Below are positions 1-12,900 of a DNA stretch of 64,000 nt, in pieces. Below the pieces are notes generated by a model, which worked only from the letters and a program-made list of their open reading frames with translations, was not told where the DNA came from and searched no databases. The stretch's first letter is position 1; every line of letters starts with the position of its first letter. The position numbers and the translations under genes were made by a program. Source of the stretch: Mobula hypostoma (Eukaryota); contig NC_086097.1 of assembly GCF_963921235.1 (NCBI RefSeq), forward strand, positions 186,064,001-186,128,000. The letters run 5' to 3'.

Positions 1-639
1 AATCCTGTATGAGAACTCATAAATCTCTTTTCACCTTGGCGTTTTGAATTTTCTCTGCTTAGAAAATAGTTTATGCTTTCATTCCTTCTACCAAAGTGCA
101 TGACTATACATATCCCGACACTATTTCATCTGCCAGCTCTTTGCTATTTTGAGTCCTCCTGCAGCCTGCTTCCTCAGCATTACCTACCCTACCATACATC
201 TTCATATTGTCCTCAAGCATAGCCTCAAAGCCATCAATTTCATTATCCAAATCGTTGATGTACAACCAAAAAGGAAGCAGACCCTGTGGAATAGCATGAG
301 TCATCAGCAGCCAATCCATAAAGGATCCGTTTATTCCCACTCTGGCTGATTGGCAGTAGGCAATTTTCTATCCATGCTGGTCTCTTTCCTGTCATGCCTT
401 CGTCTCTTGTTTAACGCCTTGTCAAAGGCCTTCTGAAAATCCAAGTGCACAACATCCATAATTCTCCTTTGTTTATCATGCATTGTTATTTCTTCAAGGA
501 ATTCCAACAGATTTGCCAGCAAGATTTCCCCTTAAGGAAACCATGCTGGCTTGGGCCTATTTTTTCATGCGCCTCCAAGTACCCCCAAAATCACATCTTT
601 AACAATTGACTGCAACATCCTCCAACCACTGATGTCAGG

Positions 640-1439
640 TGTTATGTACCCCGTAACCGGGTTGCCAAACCAGCAGAAATGGAACGCTTGTTGGAGTCTG
701 TGGTTACTAGGAACTAATAAAGTTTTATTAAAGAAATAAGTAATACAGTACACTAATCGCAAGGATATAAAAGTAAGAGGTTAGCAATGATAATAAAAAC
801 ATATACACAGAAAAAGGGTAATAGGAATCAACCAAGCTCTATTGCAGTTTAGGGGTAAAATGATCAGTCTTAAGTGAAGCAGAGTTCAGTTCAGTTTAGT
901 GCAGTTCGAAGTAATCGCTGTTGTTGTACCATCGGGGAGAGAGAGTGAGAGATGCAGTTGGTTTTGGGCAGACATTTTGATGTCTTCTGATCCTGCTGTG
1001 GTCACCGACTGTGACCCCTCCGTTCTAGATACGATCGTTCTTCTGCGGTGAACCCGGCACGCAGGCAAGGACAGACACACACACCAGGTTCCCACTGATC
1101 GTACCTTTACACCCTGTGAGCCTCTGACCAATTTCCGTGAACTAGACCTCCAAACACTCACCAACTTGTGGGGGCACACTGCTCTTTCCAGGGTCTCGTG
1201 GTGTGTCGTGCCTTAGCAAACCTGCTCTTTTTATCCCCCTGCTGGGGTATCACCTGTCCATCAAACTTCAAACAGTTCAGGTTCAAAGCAAACGGTCTGT
1301 CAATATCTGAATTGTGTTTCCTTCTCGTTAATCTCTCCCTTCTCTCTTATTAGCATTTTGAATGTTTCTCCATTGTCTTCCGTTATCTCTCTCATTAGCA
1401 TCATCCGTCCGGTAGCTTTGCTTGGCGTCACACATAACA
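640..1439 (-). mobile_element. Solo LTR (Gypsy-type, family A), 800 bp
   Basis: TG...CA termini with a perfect 8-bp inverted repeat (TGTTATGT/ACATAACA). 4-bp TSD CAGG at 636-639 and 1440-1443. Removing it restores the CR1 sequence. Its end is homologous to 34759-35619 in the opposite orientation. Confidence 0.9.
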
Positions 1440-2716
1440 CAGGCTAACTAGCCTATAACTTCCTCCTTCCTTCCTACCTTCTTGAAGAGTGGGACAGCAA
1501 TTTTCCAGTCCTACGGAATCATGCCAGACTCTATTGACCCCTGAAAGATCATTACTAATGTCTCCACAATCTCTTTAGCTACCTCTTCTAGAACCTTGCG
1601 GTGTAGTCCATCAGGGCCAGGTACCTTCTGACCTTCCAGTTCCTCAAGCACCATCTCCCTAGTAATAGCAGCTGTACTCACTTCTTCCCCTTGACACTCA
1701 AACTTCTAGCATAATCCCAGTGTCTTCCACAGTGAAGACTGATGCAAAATGCTTATTCAGTTTATTCACCATTTCCTTGTCCCCATTACTATCTCTCCAG
1801 CATCATTATCCAGTCGTCCAATATCTACGCTTGCTTCTTTTTAATTCTTTATATATCTGAAAAAAAAACTTCGGTTTCACTTTTGCACCCCCGCCCCACA
1901 TGGTTTTTTTAGTTCCCTTCTATTGGTTTGTAAAAATGTCCCAATTCTCTAGCTTCACACTAACATTTGCTCTAATATATGCCTTATCATTTGCTTTTAT
2001 GCTCTCTTTGATTTCCCTTGTCAGACCTAGTTGCCTCACCCTCCCTTTAGAATACTTCATCTTTGGGATTATTTATCCTCCACCTTCCAAATTGTCCCCA
2101 GAAATTCCAGCCATTGCTATTCTGCTGTTGTCCCCGCTAGTAACCCCTTCCATTCTACTTTGGCCTGCTCCATTCTCCTGCCTCAATTCCCTTTACTCCA
2201 CTGTAATATGCATTTGACTTTAGCTTCTCCCTCTCAAATTGCAGGAATATGATCACTGGTACCCAAGGGTTCCTTTACCTTAAGCTCCTTAATCATATCC
2301 AGTTCATTACACAACACTCAATCAGCATTGCTAATCCCCTAGTGGGCTCAGCCACAAGCTGCTCCAAAAAGCCATCTCACAGGCATTTTACAAATTCTCT
2401 CTCTTGGGATCCAACATCAATTTGATTTTACCAATCTTTCTGCATATTGAAATCCTCCAAAACTAATGTAACATTGCCTTTTGGAATGTTTTTTCTATCT
2501 ACTACTGTAATTTGTAGACCATTTGTAACATCCTGGTTGCTTGTTGGAGGTCTGGAAATAACTCCCATCAGGGTTTTCGTACCCTTGCACTTTCTTAGCT
2601 CTGCCCACAAGAATTCTACATCTTCCAATTCTATGTCACCTCTTCCTAAAGATTTGATTTATTTTTTTTATCAGCAGACCCACTCCTCCCCTGCCTACCT
2701 GCCTGTCCTTTCAATA

Positions 2717-3314
2717 TGTAATGCCCTGGTTCACAACTTTACTGTTATGCTGTAGGTATTTCATTTAGCAGTTGTGTAAGAACAGTCTGTTCTGCTTTCA
2801 GCCTGTTTATTGTTGAAGAAGAGGAATAATGAGCAGTGTGTGTTATCTAATTTGGATGGTGGAACTGGGGCGAGTTTTTTTGGTAAGGGACTCCGAGGTT
2901 GTTCTTGGGACTTTTGTTTGGTGGGAGATGGAGAGAGAAGATGCTGGAGAGAACAGGTCGTAGGATTTGACACGCTGCGAGACTGATCGATGAAGCCAGG
3001 TGCAAAGATCAATTGAGGATCAGTGAATATAGTGAAATGTTGAGCTCCAACTTGTGGACGTTTGACTGTTTAATTAAAATGACCACATTTCCTTTTTTTC
3101 TTCGTTACTAATCCTTGTAGCTAAGATTCATAAATATAATTTGTATGCAGTGTACTGTGTTATTTCGTGGCATTAATTTGTATCAGGATAGTAAATCACA
3201 CCGGATCCACACAAACCGGGGTTTGGGTGGAAAAGCTGTTTCAATCTCATGGGTTTGGCGAGACCGAAGAATGTCTTCCCTAGACTTACACAGCCAAGGA
3301 AACCGGGGGTTTCA
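2717..3314. mobile_element. Solo LTR (family B), 598 bp
   Basis: Termini TGTAATGCCCTGG...CCGGGGGTTTCA. TSD AATA/GATA, the mismatch consistent with CpG decay. Interrupts the CR1. Shares TGAGCTCCAAC with the LTRs at 20278 and 47957. Confidence 0.75.
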
Positions 3315-4802
3315 GATAGATTACTTATCCTTGGATATTAAGCTCCCAACTACAATTGTCTATCAGTCATGACTGTGATGCCCACAATGTCATACCTGCA
3401 AATCTCTAACTGTACTACTAGATCTATATATCTACCTTATTCCATATACTGTGCATTCAAATATAACACCTTCAATCCTGGATTTCTCTCCCTTTTCAAT
3501 TTTGTTCTTCTGTTACACTGCAGCCTATCCCACTGACTGCAATTTTTGACTATCATCTGCCTGTCTTTCTTGACAGTCTTATTATAAACCACCTCTGCCT
3601 GTAAATCAACATCCCTATTCTCAGCCCTATCATTCTGATTCCCACCTCCACAGTCAAATTGGTTTAAACCCTCTCCAAAAGCTCTAGCAAACTTTCCCCC
3701 TCGGGTTCTGGGGTAACCCATCCCTTTTGTACAGGGTCACATCTTCCTCAGAAGAGATCTCAATGATCCATCAATCTGAAACTCTGCTCCCCGCACCACT
3801 TCCTCAGGCATGCATTTACATTGGTACAAATATATACCAAGATGTCTGGCTGCTCACCCTCCCCCTTTAGAATGTCATGGGCACGATCTGAAATGCCTTT
3901 ACCCTCACACCTGGGAGGCACCATACCATCTGCACCTCGCTATTGCATCCACAGCCTCTCCTATCTACTCATTTCACTATGGAGTCTTCTATCACCACTA
4001 GATTCCTCATCTGCACACTTCCCTTCTGAGCCACAGCACCAGAGACCCAGACACTGCTGCTTCCCTACCTCTCCCCAACGGTATCCAGAATGGTATACTG
4101 TACTTGTTATTAAAGGAACAGCTACGGGGGTACTCTGTACCAGCTGCCCATTAACCTTTCCTCTCCTAACAGTCACCCATTCACCTGACTTCTGTGACCT
4201 AGGGATGACTACTTTCCTGTAGTTCCTATCTATCTTCTCAGTTTCCTCTGAGCTGTTCATCGAGTCGCAGCTCCGGTTCCTTAATTTGTTCCCTGAGGAG
4301 CTGAAGCTTGGAGCAACTGGTGCAGATGTGGTTATCTGGAGGGCTGGAGGTCTCATCTCACAGAAGGAGCAAAACACGGTCACGGAACCATTCTTACTGC
4401 CCCATCTGTAAGCCTACAGGTGAAGAATGAGCAAGAAAAGCTTACCAGATATTTATGTTATTGCACAAGCCAAAAGTCTCCCAACTCTATCACAGCTCTG
4501 CTCCAACAATGGCCACTCTGTGTGCCCTTGCCTTTTTTTTGTTTAACCTTGCTAATAAATCCCAAACTTCAACTGACTGCTGTTGAAGCTCTGAAATGAA
4601 ATGGTTATGAAGTGTTAATTTTTAAAGCTCTCTCCTGGACCTGGGTGAAGAGTCCTTTACTTTTCGCCCCTGAACTCTGATTGGCTGCTGTTTAGTTCTG
4701 CTTGAGAATTTTATTGAAAGAAAAATCATATGATGTTTTTTAATCTAAACTATGTTGGCCTTTCAATTTGGTTTTGGACTTTGTGGGAGTTTGCTGTGTG
4801 TC

Positions 4803-5745
4803 TGTCATGAACCCCGTGACAGGAATAAAGAACCAGCAGAGAAGGAAAACACTTTGGACTCCAGTATTGCTATAAACTAGTAATATTTATTAGTAACTAC
4901 GCAATACAGTAATATAAATGTAGATAAATCAAACAGGTTAGCAATGATTACATATATATAAGTATATCAGTAAGTGTGGAAATATATGTATGAAAAACCA
5001 AGCTTCTTTAAGTCTAGGGGTAAAAAGATACAGTCTTACGATGATGAGTAAAGTTCAGTTCAGTTCGTGGTACGGTATTGAGTTGCGTAGTGATGGAGAG
5101 AGAGAGAGAGAGAGAGAGATTTGAGTCTTCAGGTGAGCTGACGCCATCGATCTTCTCGTCGTCCATCGAAATCCTTTCAAAGTCACCGACTGTGACTTTA
5201 ACAAAGGGGACCGGTTTTCTGTGGTGGAGCTATCCCCCAGGTGAGGGTGGACACATGGACAACTCCCCACCAGTCAACCCTTTTCCTTCTTTCCACTGTT
5301 GGAGTGATGGATTGATCCGCCTGATCGATCCCCCAAAACCCACTTTTTCTGTGGGCACAACAATGCTCATTTAGTGTCCAAACATGTGTCTGAGGTCTGT
5401 AGCATCTGACCACCTATTTTATCTCACCGTACTGGGTACCACCTGTCATTCAAATAACTCCTCCTTCCTTTGTCTGTGAAGAAATGCAAGCAGGCAAAAA
5501 GTCCTTGAAAAAGTATCAACAACCTGCCTTCAGTCACCATAGCAACTTACCAGCTGCTCGGTGCTGTCTCTCTCCAACTCAGCAGACATCCAAAAGTTAA
5601 CCAGTTCTTAAAGTGACAGTCCAACCATTAGTCTTCGTCTCTCTCTCTCTCTCTCTCTTTTACAAACAAGCTATCGGTGGTAAATAACTCTGTCTCTCTC
5701 TTTTCAAAAGCACAGTTAATAGGGGTACTTCAGGATACCCTCACA
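4803..5745 (-). mobile_element. Solo LTR (family A relative), 943 bp
   Basis: Termini TGTCA...TCACA. 5-bp TSD GTGTC at 4798-4802 and 5746-5750. Shares AACCAGCAGA, TAGGGGTAAAA, AGTTCAGTTCAGTT, a (GA)n tract and GTCACCGACTGTGAC with 640-1439. Confidence 0.85.
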
Positions 5746-6589
5746 GTGTCCAAGTTAAAAAGGGCATTTCTTACATTGATCAACTTGAGCTAGATGAGGC
5801 TTATGTCCTGTGGTCCCCATCTATTTGTAGTTATGTGGACCTGTGTGAAGAGCCACTTGAGTTCACCCTGCTCAGCAGTAAGTAGACCCGACTTGTGGTG
5901 GCGGAGTGTTCATCAAGAGCTGTTGAAGGACCTTTATTCTTTATGTCAACTCTTTATTCCTCTCCATAGGTGCTGCCTGACATGTTGAGTTTCTCCAGCA
6001 TTTTGTGCATTGTTTTAAAAGATTGATCATTTAGCACATGATGTCTTATATTAAATTGAGAATCTTTAGAAGCTTTTGCACATAAAATGGTTAAATTAGA
6101 GTACTCTCGATAAATCTGATAAATGGGATTAGCAGAGGAAGTCACTTGATGGTCAGCATGGACTTTCTGGGTTTTTTTTTTGAAGCTTTGTAACTTTTTT
6201 GTCCAAACGCTATGCAATATGAGTCAGCACTCTGGAATTCAGTAACCTTTTTTGAATGAATGCAGCAAGCTCAATTCACTAATAGCCTTTCTCTGGTCTT
6301 CCTTTCAAAAGTGTTATCCCTCTATTTATTAGAAACATTAAAGAAATGCTGTGTTTATGGAACACTGTTCTCAATATAACTGATTAACAAACAGGTCAGG
6401 CGACAGTGACCACCTTTGTTTCCTGAAACTGTTAATGCTTCTTGATTATTGTTGACAATGTCTCTTTTAAATTGAAACAGCCCTTCACCAATCTATTCTC
6501 AAAATCTATCTTATTATTCCCAGTCTCCTTTTTTTCAAGTCAATAGCTGCAAGGTTATGGTAGAGGCAACAAATCAGCTCACAACTTTT

Positions 6590-6850
6590 ATCACCATTTC
6601 CTCTCTCCCCTCCATTTGCTTATCATCCCTCCTCATGTGGATCTATCTATCACTTGCCATGTCTTGTTCTGCCCCTTCACTTCATCCTTTTTATGCTGGC
6701 CATCTCTTCTCTATCTTTTCATATCTGATGAAGGGTTGTGACTCAAAACGTAGACTGTACGTTTTCCTCCACAGATGCTGCCTGACAAATTGAGTTCCTC
6801 CAGCATTTTGTAAGTTGCTCCAGATTCCAGCAACTGCAAACTCTTGTGTC
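6590..6850 (+). mobile_element. Penelope-like element 3' tail (pseudo-LTR) remnant
   Basis: Pyrimidine-rich tract, then CTGATGAAGGG...AAAACGT...AGATGCTGCCTGAC...GAGTTCCTCCAGCATTTTG. Homologous to the tail of the GIY-YIG element at 16386-16760. Confidence 0.75.
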
Positions 6851-7202
6851 TTTTTCTTTTGCTTGTTGTCCTCCAGAAACCTGTTCTGAAATCAGTATCA
6901 ATTTCCACTTTGTCAGACTACTCAATGTCCAGCACTGAATTATCAAAATATTGGGAGGATCGAAACAATATTCTATATCCAACTTCACCAATTCTTTTTG
7001 TTACCATGCTAATACTGAACCAAATTCCTCATGATATTGGTGATGTTTGATCTGAAGGGAGCTTCTGATGATGTTTACATCATCACTGGTATTGCATCTG
7101 AAGAACTATGGCTGATAATACGTTTCAGTTCATCTGCAGCTCAGAGGTGTTTCTATTAGTTTGTGATCCAAGACTTTATTCATCCAACGTATATGGCCTT
7201 GT

Positions 7203-7343
7203 GGTTAAAGGGATCAGGGGGTATGGAGAGCAGACAGGTACAGGGTTCTGAGTTGGATGATCAGCCATGATCGTACTGAATGGCAGTGCAGGCTCGAAGA
7301 GCCGAATAGCCTACTCCTGCACCTATTTTCTATGTTTCTATGT
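7203..7343 (+). mobile_element. Short CR1 3'-end fragment
   Basis: AAAGGGATCAGGGGGTATGGAGAG...GCCGAATAGCCTACTCCTGCACCTATTTTCTATGTTTCTATG resembles the CR1 3' UTR and tail seen elsewhere in the window. Confidence 0.75.
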
Positions 7344-8414
7344 ACTTCTGGCAGACCTTGATCATATTACTCTGTAATTTTGTCATCATGACTACCACTC
7401 ATGTCCTAACTCCCACCATCCTAATTACCTAATCAGGTGTTTGCTGTCCAATAATAGGTCTCAATTAAATAGTGCTCAATTTTAAAATCTGTATTCTTGT
7501 TTTCAAAGGGATTTTGTTGAAATAATGCAGGGGAATCAAACTGTCAGAAACATAGCGGTCTCTTTAAGCTGTACAAAACGGTCAGTGTTTTCCTACTAGC
7601 AGCATTTACTTTGGAGGTTAAGTACATAACAAAGTCCTGAAGATGGAATGAAGAACTGAACTAAAGCAAATTGTTTCTTCCCAGTGGCACAGTTAAATTA
7701 TTTCGTAGAATGTAAAGAAGTTCTTCTATGCTTGCAGATTTAAGGTAGCTTGTGGTAATAAAAATCATTCAGTGACAAATGGATAAATACTTTAATGCGG
7801 TCAGAAGTATTTTTTATTGCAGCATGTTTTGTAGAAAATATTTAGTAAAAGAGCAACTTCAAATGTCATTCTTAGTGCTATTGTGCCTATATTTAAATTA
7901 TTACACACAGGGGAGATGGCAGTATTCATCTTGCATCTAGCTTGAATGAAAAAGTAGGAAAGAGCTAGGCCTGCAATATTATTTTATGGACGATCAATAG
8001 ATTTAATAGTGCTTGCAAATATAGACCACATTTTTTAACCATTTAGTCCATAAGACGTAGGATCAGAATTAGGCTACTCGACCCATCAAGTCTACTCAGC
8101 CATTCCATCATGGCTGATTTATTACCTCTCCCAACCCCATTCTCTTGCCTTCTCCCCATAACTTTTGATGCCCTCACTAATTCAGAACCTATCAACCTCC
8201 ACTATAAATACACTCAATGACTTGGTGTCCACCACCATATGTGACAATGAATTCCACCAATTCACTACCCTCTATGGATAAAAATCTCCTCCTCACCTCT
8301 TTTCTATATTGACATTTCTGTATTCTGAGGCTATGCCCTCCAGTCCTAGAGTCACCCATTATAGAAAACATCCTCCTTACATCCATGTTATCCAGACCTT
8401 TCAATATTCGATAA

Positions 8415-10172
8415 GACTACAGTTCAGCATTCAACACCATAATTCCCTCCAGGGTCAACAAGAAGCTCAGAGACCTCGGCTTCACCCTGCCTTACATAGC
8501 TGGATCCTGGACTTCCTGTCAGATCACCGGCAGGTGGTAAAAGTGGGCTCCCTCACCTCTGCCCCTCTGACCCTCAACACAGGTACCCCTCGGGCTGTGT
8601 CCTAAGCCCCCTCCTTTACTCTCATATATACCTATGACTGTGTCTTCACCCACGGCTCCAATCTGCTAATTAAATTTGTTGATGACACTACACTGATTGG
8701 CCTAATCTCAAATAATAACAAAGTAGCCTACAGAGAAGAAGAACCCTGACATAGTGGTGTCAAGAAATCAACCTCTCCCTCAATGTCGCAAAATCAAAGG
8801 AGCTGGTTGTGGACTACACTACAATGGACCTGGGGTTGAGGGGGTGAACAGCTTTACGTTCCTTGGCATACACATCACCGAGGATACCCTTAAGGTTAAC
8901 CTCCAGGTTGAGTCGGTGGTGAAGAAGGCGAATGCAATGTTGGCATTCATTTCTAGAGGAATAGAGTATAGGAGCAGGGATGTGATATTGAGGCTCTATA
9001 AGGCGCTGGTGAGACCTCACTTGGAGTACTGTGGGCAGTTTTGGTCTCCTTATTTAAGAAAGGACGTGTTGACATTGGAGAGGGTACAGAGAAGATTCAC
9101 TAGAATGATTCCGGGAATGAGAGGGTTAACATATGAGGAACGTTTGTCCGCTCTTGGACTTTATTCCTTGGAGTTTAGAAGAATGAGGGGAGACCTCATA
9201 GAAACATTTCGAATGTTGAAAGGCATGGACAGAGTGGATGTGGCAAAGTTGTTTCCCATGATGGGGGAGTCTAGTACGAGAGGACATGACCTAAGGATTG
9301 AAGGACACCCTTTCAGAACAGAGATGCGAAGAAATTTTTTTAGCCAGAGGGTGGTGAATCTATGGAATTTGTTGCCACGGGCAGCAGTGGAGGCCAAGTC
9401 ATTGGGTGTATTTAAGACAGAGATTGATAGGTATCTGAGTAGCCAGGACATCAAAGGTTATGGTGAGAAGGTGGGGGAGTGGGACTAAATGGGAGAATGG
9501 ATCCGCTCATGATAAAATGGCGGAGCAGACTCGCTGGGCCGAATGGCCTACTTCTGCTCCTTTGTCTTATGGTTTTATGGTCTTATGGTTTTCTGTACAA
9601 AACAGCTGTGTGGTGAAAAAGGCACAACAGCACCTCTTTCACCTCAGATGGTTGACAAAGTTTGGTATGGGCTGCCAAATACTAAGAGCTTTCTACAGGG
9701 GCACAACTGAGACATCCTGACTGGCTGCCACTGCCTGGTATGGGAACTGTACTTCCCTCAATCGCAGGACTCTGCAGAGAGTGGTGTGGACAGCCCAGCG
9801 CATCTGTAGATATGACCTTCCCACTATTCAGGACATTTACAAAGACAGGTGTGTAAAAAAGGCCCAAAGGATAATTGGGAACCCGAGTCACCCCAACCAC
9901 AAACTGTTCCAGCTGCTACCATCCAGGAAACGTTACCACAGCATAAAAGCCAGGACCAACAGACTACGGGACAGCTTCTTCCACCAGGCCATCAGACTGA
10001 TTAATTTATGCTGTTACAATTGTATTTCTATGTTATATTGACTGTCCTATTGTACATACTATTTATTATGAACTACTATAAATTGTACATTGCATATTTA
10101 GATGGAGACGTAACGTAAAGACTTTTACTACTCATGTATATGAAAGGTGTAAGAAATAAAGACAATTCAATT
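8415..10172 (+). mobile_element. Rex1/Babar-like LINE, 5'-truncated RT and 3' UTR
   Basis: Motifs WILDFLSDHRQVVKVG...NTGTP, KFVDDTTLIGLI, VVKKAQQHLFHLRWL and HPNHKLFQLLPSRKRY. Ends AATAAAGACAATTCAATT. Closely similar to 56868-58825 in reverse. Confidence 0.85.
8881..9589 (+). mobile_element. Young CR1 3' fragment nested in the Rex1-like LINE
   Basis: Uninterrupted frame LYKALVRPHLEYCGQFWSPYLRKD...RTEMRRNFFSQRVVNLWN. (TCTTATGG)n-type tail. Near-identical to 32390-33090 and 52196-52885. Confidence 0.92.
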
Positions 10173-10504
10173 TGGTTCATTTCAATCCACTGAGATCCCC
10201 CTTATTCTTCTAAACTGTGGTGTGTACAGGCTCAAGGTCATCAAATGCTCCTCATACATTAACCCTTCCATTTGGGGATCATTCTCGTGAACCTCCTCTG
10301 GACCCTTTCTCATGCTCTTTTCTTAGATAAGGGGTCCAAAATTTTCTCAATACTCCAAATGTGGTCTTATAAAGCCTCTGTATTACATCGTTGCTCTTGT
10401 TTTCTAGTCCTCTCGAAATAAATACTAATATTGCATTTGCCTTCCTTACCATCTACTCAATATGCAAGTGAACCTTTAGGGAATCCTGCACAAGAACTCC
10501 CAAT

Positions 10505-10622
10505 CACAAACAAGAGAAACTACAGTCCTTCCGAAGGATCTCGGCCCGAAGCGTCAACTGTACTCTTTTCTATAGATGCCTCCTGGCCTGCTGAGTTCCT
10601 CCAGCTTTTTGTGTGTGTTGCC
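10505..10622 (+). mobile_element. Penelope-like pseudo-LTR remnant with a degenerate hammerhead motif
   Basis: CAGTC-CTTCCGA-AGGATCTCGGCCC-GAAG-CGTC-AACTG followed by AGATGCCTCCTGGCCTGCTGAGTTCCTCCAGC. Confidence 0.75.
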
Positions 10623-10639
10623 ATGCTGCCCCACGACCT

Positions 10640-10840
10640 CTAACTTAACCCTAGCCTAATCATGGGACAATTTACAAAGACCAGTTACCCTACCAACCAG
10701 TGTGTCCTTGGGCTGTGGGAGGAAGCTGCGGCACTGGGAAGAAACCCACACAGTCACACTCTTAACAGGCAGCAGCAGGAATTGAACCCAGGCTGCTGGT
10801 GCTGCGAAGCATTTTGCTAACCAATACACCACCGTGGCAC
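10640..10840 (-). mobile_element. tRNA-derived V-SINE (HE1-like)
   Basis: The reverse strand has an A-box-like GGTGGTGTATTGGTTAGC, a B-box GGTTCAATTCC and a V-domain-like GTGGGTTTCTTCCCAGTGCCGCAGCTTCCTCCCACAGCCCAAGGAC. Confidence 0.8.
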
Positions 10841-10849
10841 TCCAAGTAG

Positions 10850-11145
10850 CACAAAAATAGAGGAAAAGATAGTGTGGTGGTGTTCAAGGGTTCATTGTCC
10901 ATTCAGAAGTCATATGGCGGAAGAGATGAAGCTGTACCTGAAACGTTGAGTGTGTGTCTCCAGGCTCCTGTACCTCTTCCTTGAGGGTAGGAATGAGAAG
11001 AAGGCATATCCTTTGTGATGGGGTCCTTAATAATGGATGCCGCCTTTTTGAAGCATCACCTTTTGAAGGTGTCTTTGATGCTGGGGAGGCAAGTGTCCAT
11101 GATGGAAATGACTATGTTTACAACTTTCCGCAGCTTTTTCTGATC
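10850..11145 (-). mobile_element. Rex1-like LINE 3' fragment
   Basis: Similar to 49630-49850 (AGGCTCCTGTACCT...GATGGGGTCCTTAATAATGGATGCCGC). Confidence 0.65.
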
Positions 11146-12149
11146 AGTGGTCTACAGAATAAAAGATGCCTTGGCTATCTCATACAGGATTAACAGTATT
11201 TTTTTAAACTTTAAGTCCCCATGCAGTCACACCAGCACCCCAGTTATTTGGATTCTTCTTATTTTCTATGTAAATTGCTGACAAAGTCACAAAAGGTGAA
11301 ACCAATTCCTGAATTTTCATAAACCATGCCAACAAATATTTATTTGGGACAATTTTGTAGAAAATAGCTATTATTGTGTGAAATGGTAAGGCTTTTTAGT
11401 GTTTGGGTTATTTTTCGTCAGCTAGCAGGCTGTGTTGAAAGTCTGGTTTCATTTCAAATTTGTGTGGACAGCACTTGCAACTCCCTAAGCATTGAAATAT
11501 GTAATAGAAAGTCATTCCTGTTCTACAAACTCTGAACTTTTAATCCTTTTATTTGTAGAATATAATATCAGGAGTAAGTTATTTGGTCTTATGAGCATGC
11601 TGTAGTATTTTACACAATGATAGCCAGCCATCTGAATATCACATTCATGCTTCCTCCAACCCAACTGATGCTCTTTTGCATCTATGAATTTGTGTATCTC
11701 CTTAAATACATTCAACGCCTTGACCTCGGAGGAAACAATTCCCTAGCTTGCTCAAATATTCTTCTTCAAGGAAAAAAACAATTTATTAATATATATGAAC
11801 AATTTTGAAGCATTTCCCTAGTCATCATTTTCCAAATTGCTAAAGGAAGTATACATCTTCTAAGTGAAATGGAAAAAGGCATGTAGAGCACTGATTGGAA
11901 GAAAAAAATAACAGACTGCAGTGCTGATGCCACAAAGTGAAATGTAAGTGTTTATTTTTGTTTAAGGTAATATATCTGGGCCTTCATCTCCAAACTCCCT
12001 ATTATCTGAAAGTTTATGAGCTCTGATTAGTCATGGTGCACAAAGTTCATGTATCGTATCTAAAGTTACAGTAGAGGGCAGCTTTTCACCAGTTTGGTCA
12101 CAATAGTTAAATTTGAATGATGTAATACCTTAATTCCAGTAAAATGGTG

Positions 12150-12900
12150 ACGTGTTTGTATGCAGCTGCCCTCCGGGTCCAATCAAAAGTGTACCTGTTT
12201 GTCCTGTGCATTTGGTTTATGATCACAGGTCACTGCTGTATACTGAAGACATTAAGTACTGCAGGACTACCCCATCAGTGAGATGCTCAATAGCAATAGA
12301 GCTGGACTTATTGTTGTATTGTCGCCTGGACTTGTTGTGTACTGTTGTGCTGACATAGTGTGCAGTTCAAAAACAGGTGCGAGTGATTGCCTTGGTCATT
12401 TTTATTGCATTCACAAGACCCTGTCAGACATTGGCAACATAGAATACCTCAAGTCTGACTCACTGGTTCATTAACAAGACCCATGGCGTGGGAGTTGTGT
12501 TGCCCAAGCCTTAGTTGCCACACGCCTTAGAGTAGCCTGTTGGTGGTCGCTGGCAAAGGAGATGCCAGAGCTGGCTGTGTGTCACTGGATTTCGTACTGG
12601 GTTGAGGGTTGGCCCTTCTCATTGGTGTTGCCCTCTGGTGTTCACTTGGTGCTGCCCTCTAGTGTTTTCTTGGTGGAAGAACAAGCTGGACTAGGACAAC
12701 TCAGTGACTTGGATTTTATTTTTTTCTCTCTTTGTGAATGTATGCTTTTTTTCTAAAATTGTAACCATATGTGCTATTTGTGTTATGCACAGTGTACTGT
12801 GTGCTGGCGTGAAAATGTGTTATGTATCTTGACCTTGGAAGAATGTTATTTCATTTGACTAAATTCATGCATGATTGAATGATAATTTAAATTTGAAACT
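12150..12900 (+). repeat. Unclassified interspersed repeat, probably a non-autonomous retroelement; related copy at about 37505-38035
   Basis: Both copies share GACATTAAG...GTAC...CTACC...TCAG...TGCTCA and a similar 3' region TTGACC...AATG...TTGACT...ATTCATG...ATGATTGAAT. Confidence 0.5.

Larger units (their letters stand above)
1..4460 (-). mobile_element. Decayed CR1 (HER1-like) LINE with ORF1 (Cys motif and esterase-like domain) and ORF2 (APE endonuclease and RT); interrupted by two solo LTRs; runs off the window start
   Basis: ORF fragments: LANLLEFLEEIT...DVVHLDFQKAFDK (331-522), VEFLWAELRKCKGTKTLMGVISRPP (2428-2628), LKVLYLNAQ (3437-3721). Hand translation of 3825-3995 on the minus strand gives VVIEDSIV...CLPGVRV...ILKGEGEQPDILVYICTN, an SGNH-esterase-like ORF1. 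Many stops and frameshifts. Confidence 0.9.
8049..10503 (-). mobile_element. CR1 3' portion (8049-8414 and about 10185-10503) split by a Rex1-like insertion
   Basis: ORF 8192-8404 MKGLDNMDVRRMFSIMGDSRTGGHSLRI is the CR1 ORF2 C-terminus. The sequence resumes colinearly after about 10185. Confidence 0.85.
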
